DNA of 38,544 bases from a virus. Its lineage: Duplodnaviria > Heunggongvirae > Uroviricota > Caudoviricetes. Of the stretch, positions 19,511 to 28,384 are shown piece after piece; position 1 is the stretch's first letter; each line of letters starts with the position of its first letter. Made by a program: the position numbers and the translations under genes. Where the stretch lies: the IMG/VR virus record IMGVR_UViG_2698536428_000019; one strand, written 5' to 3'. Under the pieces are notes generated by a model. It was given only the letters and a program-made list of their open reading frames with translations, was not told where the DNA came from and made no database searches.

Positions 19511-20308
19511 TCAGTTTGTTTTGCGCGCGGCTTTTTTCTGGCTGGCAGCGCTTTTCTTTTTTGCGCTGCTCTTTTTCCCGCCGGTGGTGGTTTTCCTGCC
19601 CGTTGTGGATGCAGGCACCACCTGATTTCCGTCTGCCAGTTTCCTGACCGCGCGCTCCAGCGTGGCAATTTCACGCTTCACTCCCAAAGCCGGATTGATC
19701 CGCATGGCTTCACGTAACAGGCTCAGCGACAGACGCAGATCATCGGGAGAGGAGGAGGCGCGGCGGGAAAATGCGCGTGCCTTGTGCAGTTTTGACCTGA
19801 CCTGGTCCGGCATATCCTGCTCACTGACCAGGTGGTTCAGCTCATCAAGCATGGCGGTGTACACAGACAAATCCGCCTCGCTGTCCGTTGTGGCCTGCGT
19901 CAGAACGGCGTCAGTAATCTCTTCAGCCAGTACCGTGGCGGCGTCACGGCCAAAGTTATCCGGCAGCGCCAGACCATGGCGGATCACGTACTCCCCGATA
20001 CGCAGTGCCAGCGGGTAGTCACGGCAGTCAATGGCCCACACCATCATGGTGGTGATGACCTCATCCTGGCGTCCGCTGTCTCCTGCCAGGGTGCCTTCAA
20101 TCCACCCTTCAAAGTCAGGCAACAGATGTTTTTTAAGCTCTGCCCTGGCGACGTTTGACTGAATACCCTTCAGCTGCATCTGTGCCAGCCTTAACTGGTG
20201 AAGGACCTGTTCATGTGCGGTTCTTTCCCGTTGTGTTTCCCGGGCGTTCATGGTCACCCGGTTGCGGGCCACCGCCTGTTGCACATAGCGTTGTGCCGGT
20301 GTCAGCAT
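19511..20308 (-). CDS. terminase endonuclease subunit M homolog
   Basis: 265 aa with a Lys/Ser/Thr-rich basic C-terminal tail; position between N and L as in P2. Confidence 0.85.
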   Translation of the reverse strand: MLTPAQRYVQQAVARNRVTMNARETQRERTAHEQVLHQLRLAQMQLKGIQSNVARAELKKHLLPDFEGWIEGTLAGDSGRQDEVITTMMVWAIDCRDYPLALRIGEYVIRHGLALPDNFGRDAATVLAEEITDAVLTQATTDSEADLSVYTAMLDELNHLVSEQDMPDQVRSKLHKARAFSRRASSSPDDLRLSLSLLREAMRINPALGVKREIATLERAVRKLADGNQVVPASTTGRKTTTGGKKSSAKKKSAASQKKAARKTN

Positions 20309-20348
20309 TTCTCAGCTCCTGTTAACGGGCGCGGCGCGCCCGTCCGGG

Positions 20349-21449
20349 TTATGCTTCGGGTTGCGGCTGTCCGCTTTCGGCGTTGTTGTCCGGATCTTCA
20401 CCTGCGAAGGTGATCCCCTCAATCAGCGCGCATTTTCCGTAGTCTTCCACCACGTAGCAGTCATTCATGGACTGGTAAGTCGCGATACGGTTGTATTCCG
20501 GCTCCTCGCGAATGAAACGGCGCAGTGAGCCTTTCTGGAAGTAGATCGACAGGTTTTTCAGCGACGTGATGAGCATGGCGTCTTTCGGGAAGTACGGCGC
20601 AAGATACGTCTGAAGACCACCGACGGTACGGGACGCCACAATCAGCTGCCCGGCAACAAGCTCAGTGTTCGGGTTGGTGGTGCTGATGGCGTTAATCATG
20701 GGAAGACGCAGTGTATTGAACAGATCCCGCCCCATCAGTACGACCAGATCCGGTGCGTCCTTATGCCATTCATCCAGCACGGATGAGCGGATGTCGTGCA
20801 CCATGGCATCCGGGTTACCATAGTCACCTTTTGCCACCAGTTTGTTTTCATCATCGCGACGGGTCAGGGTCATCCCTTTCACCACGCGGGTGGCTGCCTT
20901 GTCGCGGATGTGTTTCAGCCAGCCCGGGTTGACGTCCTGCAGGAGAGGGTTGGTGGCACGATCGGAAATCAGCGCGTGTGACTCCCCGTTGAAACCAATC
21001 ATGATTCGATCCAGGGCTATCTGGCGGGTGATTTGCGCGCTCAGCAGTTGCTGAAAGTTTTTCTGGCTGCTCCATGCGTCAATCTGTGCGTAGCTGATGA
21101 AGGTATCGTAGTTCACCTGCTCGCAGCGGTAACGGCGTGCAGCCAGATCAGCAACTGATGCAGGGTTGCGGCGTTTCACTCCGTCGCTCGTTGCGTTCGT
21201 GCTGGCAATGGGGCCGCTGGTGTCAATCAGGACTTTTTCACCTTCCTGGTCATCCACACCGATAAAATTGATTTCCTGTAACAGTCCGGCGCTTTCCTTG
21301 ATGGCGTTCTCCATCTTCTGCTGAATGGATGGATCCACGCCGAAGGTTTTACCCAGGCGCTCTGTTGTGATACCAGCCAGCGATGCCTGCTGAATCATAT
21401 AGCGTTCCAGACTGTCACGTCCTTCACGGGAAAGTGATAAACGGGCCAT
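20349..21449 (-). CDS. major capsid protein N homolog
   Basis: 366 aa; N-terminal region aligns with P2 gpN as recalled. Confidence 0.9.
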   Translation of the reverse strand: MARLSLSREGRDSLERYMIQQASLAGITTERLGKTFGVDPSIQQKMENAIKESAGLLQEINFIGVDDQEGEKVLIDTSGPIASTNATSDGVKRRNPASVADLAARRYRCEQVNYDTFISYAQIDAWSSQKNFQQLLSAQITRQIALDRIMIGFNGESHALISDRATNPLLQDVNPGWLKHIRDKAATRVVKGMTLTRRDDENKLVAKGDYGNPDAMVHDIRSSVLDEWHKDAPDLVVLMGRDLFNTLRLPMINAISTTNPNTELVAGQLIVASRTVGGLQTYLAPYFPKDAMLITSLKNLSIYFQKGSLRRFIREEPEYNRIATYQSMNDCYVVEDYGKCALIEGITFAGEDPDNNAESGQPQPEA

Positions 21450-21466
21450 AAATTACTCTTCTCCTG

Positions 21467-22303
21467 TCAGAATTCAGCCAGTGTCTGGTCAGTGCCGCCA
21501 GCGGAAGTAAAACGCTGCTGTGGATCGGCATCCTGGTTTCTCAGTTGCTCTTTCAGTGCTGCAAGCTCGTGACTGAGCTCATCCAGCGCCGTTTTGTCGA
21601 GGGCATGTTTCTGCTCCAGAGTGCTGAAACGGTCGATAAGATCTGCATGATCGGATGCGATGTTTTCCACAACGTCGCGCAGCTGGCTGAACTGCTCGCC
21701 ATCCGCTGTGCGTGTTTTGCTGATGAGTGCCATGACGCGGCTGAACCACTGACGGCTCTCTTCCGTTCGCTGTTCTGTGGTGGTAAGCATCTCTGCTTCC
21801 ATGGCGACGGTGAACATGGGGGGTTCTGTTGTGCACTTACTGAACTGCATGATGCTGGCGCGTTGCTGTGCGGCAAACTCCAGGCGTTCAGTGCCCAGAC
21901 TTGCTGGCGTGTCGGTCATTGCCAGACCCACAATGTAAGGCCCCTTGACGGCGTCCAGCTCAGGCAACATCTCAATGCTCGAATACACTTTTTTCCCGTC
22001 AGCAATCATGTTTTTCATGCGGTCGGTGGGTTCAATTTCGGCATATAACGCTGTACGCCCTGCCAGTTTCCCTTCGGTGATTTCATCAGTTGACAGAGCG
22101 ATCAGATCACCCACTGCGCAGAGTTCACTGGATGGCCACATCGAAATGACGTGCTCAATGTTCACCCGGGAGGCGTAAACGGACGGGTCATAGTTTTCTG
22201 CGGCCTGACGCAGCATTTCACCAGAAATTTCACGTCCGTCGATGGTTGAACCGGAAACGGCAACGCGAAATTTTTTGCGCTCTGGCGTGTTTTTGCTTCC
22301 CAT
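21467..22303 (-). CDS. capsid scaffolding protein O homolog
   Basis: Start at MGSKNTPERKKFRVAV with SD ggag; aligns with the P2 gpO N-terminus (...DG..IS......A...DP.VY..R.N.EH). Confidence 0.88.
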   Translation of the reverse strand: MGSKNTPERKKFRVAVSGSTIDGREISGEMLRQAAENYDPSVYASRVNIEHVISMWPSSELCAVGDLIALSTDEITEGKLAGRTALYAEIEPTDRMKNMIADGKKVYSSIEMLPELDAVKGPYIVGLAMTDTPASLGTERLEFAAQQRASIMQFSKCTTEPPMFTVAMEAEMLTTTEQRTEESRQWFSRVMALISKTRTADGEQFSQLRDVVENIASDHADLIDRFSTLEQKHALDKTALDELSHELAALKEQLRNQDADPQQRFTSAGGTDQTLAEF

Positions 22304-22375
22304 GGAAATTCTCCATAACCTGGTCGTTTTTCCCATGATGGCGGCAGATAACGGTGTGTCTCAAGGTGCTTAAGT

Positions 22376-22393
22376 TGTATGGCGACGGGGACA
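22376..22393. promoter_or_regulatory. Ogr-type late promoter dyad TGT-N12-ACA between divergent O and P
   Basis: TGTatggcgacggggACA; centre about 22384.5 versus midpoint 22381 between the O ATG (22303) and P ATG (22459). Confidence 0.45.
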
Positions 22394-22458
22394 ACGCGGG
22401 CTGGTATCAGGCGGTATTGCTGAGGCTTAATCTTGCCCTGTTAATGTCAGGGGGTGCA

Positions 22459-24192
22459 ATGATCCAGGATGTCTTTATTCGTATGCGGGCGAAACAGCTT
22501 TACTGGCAGGGGTATACCCCGGCGGATATCGCTCAGCTGATGGGAATAAACCAGAACACGATTTATTCGTGGAAAAAACGCGATGAGTGGGATGCCACTC
22601 CCCCGATCCAGCGGGTCACCCAGTCCATTGATGCACGCCTGATACAGCTCACCGCCAAACCGGATAAAAGCGGCGGTGACTTTAAGGAAATTGACCTGCT
22701 GACGCGCCAGCTGAAAAAACTGAATGACGGTCAGGGAGAACAGGCTGTTTCCGGTAAGAAGCCCCGCAGGCGCAAACTGAAAAATCACTTCACCGAAGAG
22801 CAGATTGTCGCACTCAGGGAAAAAATCCTGCCGTCACTGGCCTGGCATCAGCGCGAATGGTACGACAACCGCCATCACCGCAACCGCATGATCCTGAAGT
22901 CGCGTCAGATTGGTGCGACCTGGTATTTTGCGCGCGAAGCACTCCTTGATGCACTGCGTGATGATGTCTCCGCCGGGTACCAGCGCAACCAGATATTTTT
23001 GTCCGCATCCCGTCGCCAGGCGTATCAGTTCAAACACTTTATTCAGCAGGCGGCGCTGGAAGTTGATGTCGAACTGAAAGGGGGTGACAAGATTGTTTTG
23101 TCTAACGGTGCAGAGCTTCACTTCCTTGGCACATCGGCAGCAACCGCTCAGTCGTATACCGGACACCTTAAATTTGATGAATTTTTTTGGGTCAGTAACT
23201 TTGTGGAACTCAGGAAGGTTGCTGGGGCAATGGCGACACTGGAAGGGCTTACGCGAACCTACTTTTCAACACCGTCAGGTGAAACACATGAGGCGTATCA
23301 GTTCTGGACGGGGGACCGCTGGAACAGCGAACAGCCACGCTCAAAACGCAGTGAGTTTGATGTTTCACATGCGCATCTGAAGGGGGGCGTGCTCTTTCCT
23401 GACGAAACATGGCGGCAGATTGTCACTATTGAGGATGCTGTCGCTAACGGATGGCGGTACACCAATATTGGTGTTATTCGCGGCGAAAATACAGAAAGTG
23501 AATTTCGTAATCTGTACATGTGCGAATTTGTCCGTGATGGTGAGGCAGCCTTCAGCCTGAGTGCGCTCACCGGCTGCGGTGTTGACGGCTATGACGAATG
23601 GCCTGACTGGAAACCTTTTGCTGCCCGCCCTATGGGGGTGAGGGAGGTCTGGCTTGGGTATGACGCCAACGGCAGCAGCGGGAAGGGGGACTGCGGGGCA
23701 CTGTCGGTGTGCGTGCCGCCCCTTGTTGCCGGTGGGCGTTTTCGCACGGTGGAAACTGTCAGGGTTCAGGGGATGGAGTTTGAACAGCAGGCCGCACTGA
23801 TTGAGGAATACACCCAAAAATATAACGTGAAACATATCGGCATTGATGTGACCGGCGGGAACGGGGAGGGGGTTTATCAGATTGTGAAAAAGTTTTTCCC
23901 GATGGCCGTACCGTACAACTTCAATATCGCCTCCAAGCGGGCACTGGTCATGAAAATGCTTCAGGTGGTGCGTGCCGGACGCTGGGAGTATGACCGCAGT
24001 GAACGTGACCTGATCCAGGCATTCGCATCGGTGCGAAAAATACAGACACCCGGCGGCTATATCACCTACGACACCGACCGCTCCCGTGGCGTCAGCCATG
24101 GTGACCTCGCCTGGGCAACCATGCTTGCTGTTATCAATGAGCCAATTGGTGCGGAGCGTGAGGATAATCGCGGCTTTGCAATGGAGTTCTGA
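22459..24192 (+). CDS. terminase large (ATPase) subunit P homolog
   Basis: 578 aa from the ATG with SD aggggg (ORF-track start 22354 lacks an RBS); divergent from O as in P2. Confidence 0.9.
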   Translation: MIQDVFIRMRAKQLYWQGYTPADIAQLMGINQNTIYSWKKRDEWDATPPIQRVTQSIDARLIQLTAKPDKSGGDFKEIDLLTRQLKKLNDGQGEQAVSGKKPRRRKLKNHFTEEQIVALREKILPSLAWHQREWYDNRHHRNRMILKSRQIGATWYFAREALLDALRDDVSAGYQRNQIFLSASRRQAYQFKHFIQQAALEVDVELKGGDKIVLSNGAELHFLGTSAATAQSYTGHLKFDEFFWVSNFVELRKVAGAMATLEGLTRTYFSTPSGETHEAYQFWTGDRWNSEQPRSKRSEFDVSHAHLKGGVLFPDETWRQIVTIEDAVANGWRYTNIGVIRGENTESEFRNLYMCEFVRDGEAAFSLSALTGCGVDGYDEWPDWKPFAARPMGVREVWLGYDANGSSGKGDCGALSVCVPPLVAGGRFRTVETVRVQGMEFEQQAALIEEYTQKYNVKHIGIDVTGGNGEGVYQIVKKFFPMAVPYNFNIASKRALVMKMLQVVRAGRWEYDRSERDLIQAFASVRKIQTPGGYITYDTDRSRGVSHGDLAWATMLAVINEPIGAEREDNRGFAMEF

Positions 24193-24197
24193 ACACA

Positions 24198-25241
24198 ATG
24201 AGTAAACGCAAAAAATACACCGGAAAGCGGGGGCAGGATTCGCTACACGATGCACTGAAATCAACGCCTGCACTCAGCGCATTCACCTTTGATGGGCCCT
24301 ATGAAGTCAGCCGCATGGATCTCCTGGATAACATGTCATGTGCAGATAACGGGCGCTACTTTGATACCCCCATGGACTGGAACGCTATCGCCCGTGCATC
24401 CCGTCGTGCGTCCTGGCATCAGTCGGCTTTGTACTTCAAGCGCAACGCCCTGAACGGGTGCTTTGTTCCTCACCCTCTGCTGTCCCGCCAGGCGTTTTCA
24501 GCGTTTGCGCTCGACTGGTTTGTGTTTGGTAATGCCTATCTTGAAGTGCGGCGTAACAGGCTGGGGGAACCACTCCTGCTTCGCCCGGCACTGGCAAAAT
24601 ATACACGCAGGGGAAGTGACCTGGATACCTACTGGTATCTCAACGACGACGGTACGGAGTTCAGTTTCAGGAAAGGGACTGTGTGCCACGTGCTTAATCC
24701 TGATATTAATCAGGAGATCTACGGGATGCCGGAATATATCGGCGGGTTGCTGTCTGTCAGCCTGTCAAACTCAGCGGATACATTCCGCAAGCTCTACTAC
24801 GATAACGGCTCTCATGCCGGGTGTATTATCTATGTAGGCACATCTCAGGCGAATGCGGAAAGTGTCGAGGCCATTAAAAAAACGCTTACGGATTCCCGTG
24901 GTCGCGGGGCGTTTAAAAACCTGTTTCTACATGCGCCGGGTGGTGGCAAGGATGGTGTGCAAATACTGCCGTTCCAGCAGATAACCGCAAAGGATGAATT
25001 CCTGAACATCAAGGGGAGCGCCCGCGACGATATCCTTGCTGCCCATCGTGTACCACCTCAACTGATGGGGGCAATGCCTGACGGGAATGCGGCGTTTGGT
25101 GACGTTGAAAAAGCGGCGAGAGTGTTTTTCATCAACGAGTTGCAACCTGTCATGGAGGCCATGAAGCATGTCAATGAATGGCTTGGCGTTGAGGTGATGC
25201 GCTTTAACCCCTATGCCCTGCTTCTGGATAACGCCAGCTGA
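24198..25241 (+). CDS. portal (capsid) protein Q homolog
   Basis: 347 aa immediately downstream of P; size matches P2 gpQ. Confidence 0.9.
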   Translation: MSKRKKYTGKRGQDSLHDALKSTPALSAFTFDGPYEVSRMDLLDNMSCADNGRYFDTPMDWNAIARASRRASWHQSALYFKRNALNGCFVPHPLLSRQAFSAFALDWFVFGNAYLEVRRNRLGEPLLLRPALAKYTRRGSDLDTYWYLNDDGTEFSFRKGTVCHVLNPDINQEIYGMPEYIGGLLSVSLSNSADTFRKLYYDNGSHAGCIIYVGTSQANAESVEAIKKTLTDSRGRGAFKNLFLHAPGGGKDGVQILPFQQITAKDEFLNIKGSARDDILAAHRVPPQLMGAMPDGNAAFGDVEKAARVFFINELQPVMEAMKHVNEWLGVEVMRFNPYALLLDNAS

Positions 25242-25268
25242 CGCGCTTCGCTTGTCTGCTGCTTCGCC

Positions 25269-25291
25269 GGGGCATAAAAAATTTATGCCCC
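25269..25291. terminator. hairpin between convergent portal gene and the unknown gene at 25307..25810
   Basis: GGGGCATAA-aaaat-TTATGCCCC, a 9-bp stem with no clear U-tract. Confidence 0.35.
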
Positions 25292-25306
25292 GACTCTCCA
25301 GCTCTC

Positions 25307-25810
25307 TTAACGGAATGCGGATGGCGTTCTTCTTTGCAGCTTGCTGATAATATGTATCTTCATGCTGTTTACTATCGGCAGCCATTCCCTGTCACCGTCT
25401 CCGTTGATGACCACGCGAATGGAGGTATCATCTTCCACGCGAACCCGAAGAGATACACCGTCTTTTCCGACGGAATGTAACTCCATTGCCAGGACTATGT
25501 TTACCGACTCTCCTTCATCGTGTGAGTCAACCCATGTTCTTACAGCCATCCGGAATATGTTATCTGTGTCGGTTGCAATCATATTTACCGGAAATGGCCT
25601 GAAGTCCCGATCGTTTCTGCACGGAAACCCCGTATCAACGTAACGATGATGCTCGCCGTCTTTGTCTTCCCATGTCTCTGAAGGCAATTCCAGCCACTGC
25701 TCATAAAAAGCAACCAGCTTTTCAGCCTGATTGCGCAGAATCCCTGTAACCTCCCGCCTCGCGTCCCGGCTCTTTTTGTTTGCCAGGTACAAATCGCGAA
25801 AATGGCTCAT
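25307..25810 (-). CDS. hypothetical protein (167 aa) in the portal-cos accessory slot
   Basis: ORF with SD aaggag 7 nt upstream of the ATG; soluble, acidic; no family recognised by eye. Confidence 0.6.
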   Translation of the reverse strand: MSHFRDLYLANKKSRDARREVTGILRNQAEKLVAFYEQWLELPSETWEDKDGEHHRYVDTGFPCRNDRDFRPFPVNMIATDTDNIFRMAVRTWVDSHDEGESVNIVLAMELHSVGKDGVSLRVRVEDDTSIRVVINGDGDREWLPIVNSMKIHIISKLQRRTPSAFR

Positions 25811-26293
25811 GTCGCTCTCCTTTGGTCTGTTTATGCCAGCCTGTATTCTGCGCTCACCTCATATTGTGCGCAAGTTTTCACCCGTGAATGACTGATACTT
25901 TAAATTCTATTAACTTTATGATTTCAGTGATTTTTGTCTCTCTTTTTTATCCCGTTCGTCACGTCCGTTTCCCTCCCGATCTCCGACCTCGCCAGACGCA
26001 ATCAGACGCATTCTGACGGCCTGTTTCCCTGACCATGTTTTGATGTGGTTTTTCAAAACTGGCTTCACTGCGCGCGTATCATGCGCAATACGACCCCAAA
26101 TAAAGCAACCTGCCTTCCACCCCTCAATTCGTGCGCCCTTCCCTCGTCGCCTGCGCGCTGCAATTGCCTCGTTTTTCGTGCACCGTGCAAAGTGGCTTCA
26201 GCCCGCGCCGTTACTGGGCTGAGTGGGGATGAAACACATAAGAAAAATTGTGCAATTTCGTGCACTTTTGTGCAGTTTGAAACGGGTATCTGT

Positions 26294-26323
26294 TTGACAC
26301 TGGTACTTACTTTGCGCTAACTT
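26294..26323 (+). promoter_or_regulatory. candidate sigma70 promoter (TTGACA-18-TAACTT) driving the leader and membrane-protein gene
   Basis: Perfect -35 hexamer TTGACA at 26294..26299; a three-fold 10-bp-phased GTGCA repeat lies immediately upstream. Confidence 0.35.
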
Positions 26324-26484
26324 TACTCGACCAGAAATTTCAATGAATCGGATGAGGTTGTTTGTCATACGACCTCGGTTAGCTAGGTTGCCTTAATCAA
26401 AAGGCATGTTTGATACTGGAGGAGGTTAATATGAATAAAGCATTTGACGAATTTGATGGATTCTGAATGTGTTAACCTCGATAA

Positions 26485-26510
26485 GGCGGAGACTGATCTC
26501 CGCCTTTTTT
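26485..26510 (+). terminator. intrinsic terminator/attenuator 15 nt upstream of the membrane-protein gene ATG
   Basis: GGCGGAGA-ctga-TCTCCGCC followed by TTTTTT. Confidence 0.6.
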
Positions 26511-26524
26511 ATTGGTAAAGAAAT

Positions 26525-27028
26525 ATGGCTATGGACTCAGTAACGATACAAATCATTAGCAATATGATAGTCCTGTTTGGTGTCATTGTTGCTATCTGTA
26601 CAATTATCTATAACGTTCGTACGGCAAAAAAAACACAAACCGCTAATTTTTTATTTGAAAGTCGCCAGGATAAGGAATACCTGGAATCATTACATCTCCT
26701 CAGGAGAATTCATCGCTCAGGGAAATCGTTTCGTGCTTATGTTTTTCCTTGTGAAGGCGGGGCTATTACGGAAGAGGAGATGACCGAACGTCGCAAGTTT
26801 CAGTACATTCTTAACTTTTACGAGAGAGTTGCAGTTAGTATCCGTGAAGGTATTTATGATGAAAGGATGATCAAACGAACGTCCTTTACAACGATTATTA
26901 CAACTTATGATATTGCAGAACCCCTGATTAAGGCTATCAGAGAAGATACTCAATCAAAAACAGCGTACCAGGAGTTTGAATGGCTGGTAAAACGATGGAA
27001 AGCTCGTCCTCTTGATAGGGATGTGTAG
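26525..27028 (+). CDS. membrane-anchored hypothetical protein (167 aa) in the old/tin position; candidate defence or exclusion gene
   Basis: N-terminal TM helix (IQIISNMIVLFGVIVAICTIIY) then a roughly 135-aa charged domain; visibly AT-rich; same orientation as P2 old/tin; weak RBS. Confidence 0.65.
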   Translation: MAMDSVTIQIISNMIVLFGVIVAICTIIYNVRTAKKTQTANFLFESRQDKEYLESLHLLRRIHRSGKSFRAYVFPCEGGAITEEEMTERRKFQYILNFYERVAVSIREGIYDERMIKRTSFTTIITTYDIAEPLIKAIREDTQSKTAYQEFEWLVKRWKARPLDRDV

Positions 27029-27043
27029 TTTATTTCTTGCATT

Positions 27044-27070
27044 AGAGCGAGGTTATTGGTGCCTCGCTCT
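27044..27070. terminator. hairpin between convergent membrane-protein gene and SSB-like gene
   Basis: AGAGCGAGG-ttattggtg-CCTCGCTCT, 9-bp stem. Confidence 0.4.
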
Positions 27071-27075
27071 TTAAA

Positions 27076-27393
27076 TTATCGAGCCGTTCTTGCGCTCATG
27101 ATGCTTTGCGCCAGCAACTGCCAGCCCTCTTTCTGTTGCCCGCGCTTGTCCTGATACCTGTTTACCTGCAAGTTTCCGTGCACCAGAATCAGATCGCCTT
27201 TTCTGTGTTTTGCCAGTTCTTCGTGCTGCTTCCCGAATGCAATAAGGTAAAGCCACATTGTGGTTGGCTGTTCTGCGCCATGGCAGGGTAGTGATACCGC
27301 CAGTTGTGCCGTTGTGACGTTGGTTCCTTTGGTTGTTCTCCTTGTGTTCGGGTCTGCTGCCAGTCGTCCCTCTGTTGCAACCTGTGTTGGCAT
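27076..27393 (-). CDS. small SSB-like OB-fold protein (last gene of the early operon)
   Basis: 105 aa; pattern resembles the E. coli SSB OB-fold (..W..V.F.GK.AE......KG....(V/I).G.L) without the acidic C-terminal tail. Confidence 0.5.
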   Translation of the reverse strand: MPTQVATEGRLAADPNTRRTTKGTNVTTAQLAVSLPCHGAEQPTTMWLYLIAFGKQHEELAKHRKGDLILVHGNLQVNRYQDKRGQQKEGWQLLAQSIMSARTAR

Positions 27394-27425
27394 ATTTGTC
27401 TCCCGTGTTGGTTTTATTGTTGGGG

Positions 27426-27764
27426 TTAGATGGCTGGCAGATCTCCGCCAGCGCCGTAGATAAACAGAATTCGCTTCATGATTTCGCTGCGCTTACAGGC
27501 TTCGATGACTGATTTTTCCTGTTGCCATTCAGTCCTTTGCGCCAGTTCCTGTCGTTCCTTTTCCGTTGGCTTGCGATAATGCGTTACCTTGTCGGTGTAC
27601 CCGTCCACAACCAGCAGCCCTTCGCGTACCATCTTCCCGGCGGCCTGATTAATGATGGTCCTTTTCACGCCCAGTTTTTCAACCAGCTCTGGTGCGCTGA
27701 AGCGTGCGTGCGTTTCCAGGTAGCGTAAAATGATTACCTTTCCGGTCATTCTGGGTGTCTTCAT
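27426..27764 (-). CDS. putative winged-helix DNA-binding protein
   Basis: 112 aa from the ATG overlapping the upstream stop (ATGA); HTH-like segment APELVEKLGVKRTIINQAAGKMVREGLL. Confidence 0.5.
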   Translation of the reverse strand: MKTPRMTGKVIILRYLETHARFSAPELVEKLGVKRTIINQAAGKMVREGLLVVDGYTDKVTHYRKPTEKERQELAQRTEWQQEKSVIEACKRSEIMKRILFIYGAGGDLPAI

Positions 27765-27931
27765 TTGGCGGCTCCTTCGTTGTTCCGGCGTTCGCGGAGT
27801 TCGGTCAGTGCTGCCAGTAAATTTTCCCACCATGTTTCTTCCACAACCGGATTTCGTCGTGAAAGCAGCTGCTGCGCCGACTCAATCATTTTCGTAAGCT
27901 CTTTGTCGCTGATCCTCCTGATGTCGTTCAT
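27761..27931 (-). CDS. hypothetical small protein (56 aa)
   Basis: Start chosen at the ATG with SD aaggag (MNDIRRISDKEL...). Confidence 0.45.
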   Translation of the reverse strand: MNDIRRISDKELTKMIESAQQLLSRRNPVVEETWWENLLAALTELRERRNNEGAAK

Positions 27932-27979
27932 GGTGTGCTCCTTCGGTTTGCTGTTTCTGGTCATGTTCATGGTCTTTTG

Positions 27980-28384
27980 TTACCTGCGTGATTGCCTGCT
28001 GGCGGCCGAATGCACATAGCGGACAATTGCCGCTTTTCGGTTAACGACGGCCAGCGTTCTTGCCAGTTCTTCGTTGAGTTTTCTGGTCTGTTTTTCGTGG
28101 TATGCCTGCATGATTTTTCCTACGGGAGTCAGTGGTTCAGGCTCTGATATGGCGCGACGAGGGCGCACGGCAACGATGAATGCGCTTCTGTCGGTGTTGA
28201 TTCTTGCAGTCAGGATGTCGGTCATAACGGTGTCTGTGCTGCGATCGGGACTGGCGATCGTGATTTCCAGTTCGTCGCCTGGCTGCGGTCGAACACTGAC
28301 GCCGCTCAGTGTCAGTGCCGGAATGCGTGCGTTCATGATGGTGCTGAAATCATGGCGCTGGAGTACGCAATGGAATCGTGTCAT
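27980..28384 (-). CDS. hypothetical protein (134 aa)
   Basis: ATGA overlap with the stop of replication gene A; same strand as the early operon. Confidence 0.5.
   Translation of the reverse strand: MTRFHCVLQRHDFSTIMNARIPALTLSGVSVRPQPGDELEITIASPDRSTDTVMTDILTARINTDRSAFIVAVRPRRAISEPEPLTPVGKIMQAYHEKQTRKLNEELARTLAVVNRKAAIVRYVHSAASRQSRR

Noticed and set aside
26343-26396. 17-codon ORF (MNRMRLFVIRPRLARLP) in the leader upstream of the membrane-protein gene
   Set aside because: No SD; more likely part of the structured untranslated leader than a coding ORF.
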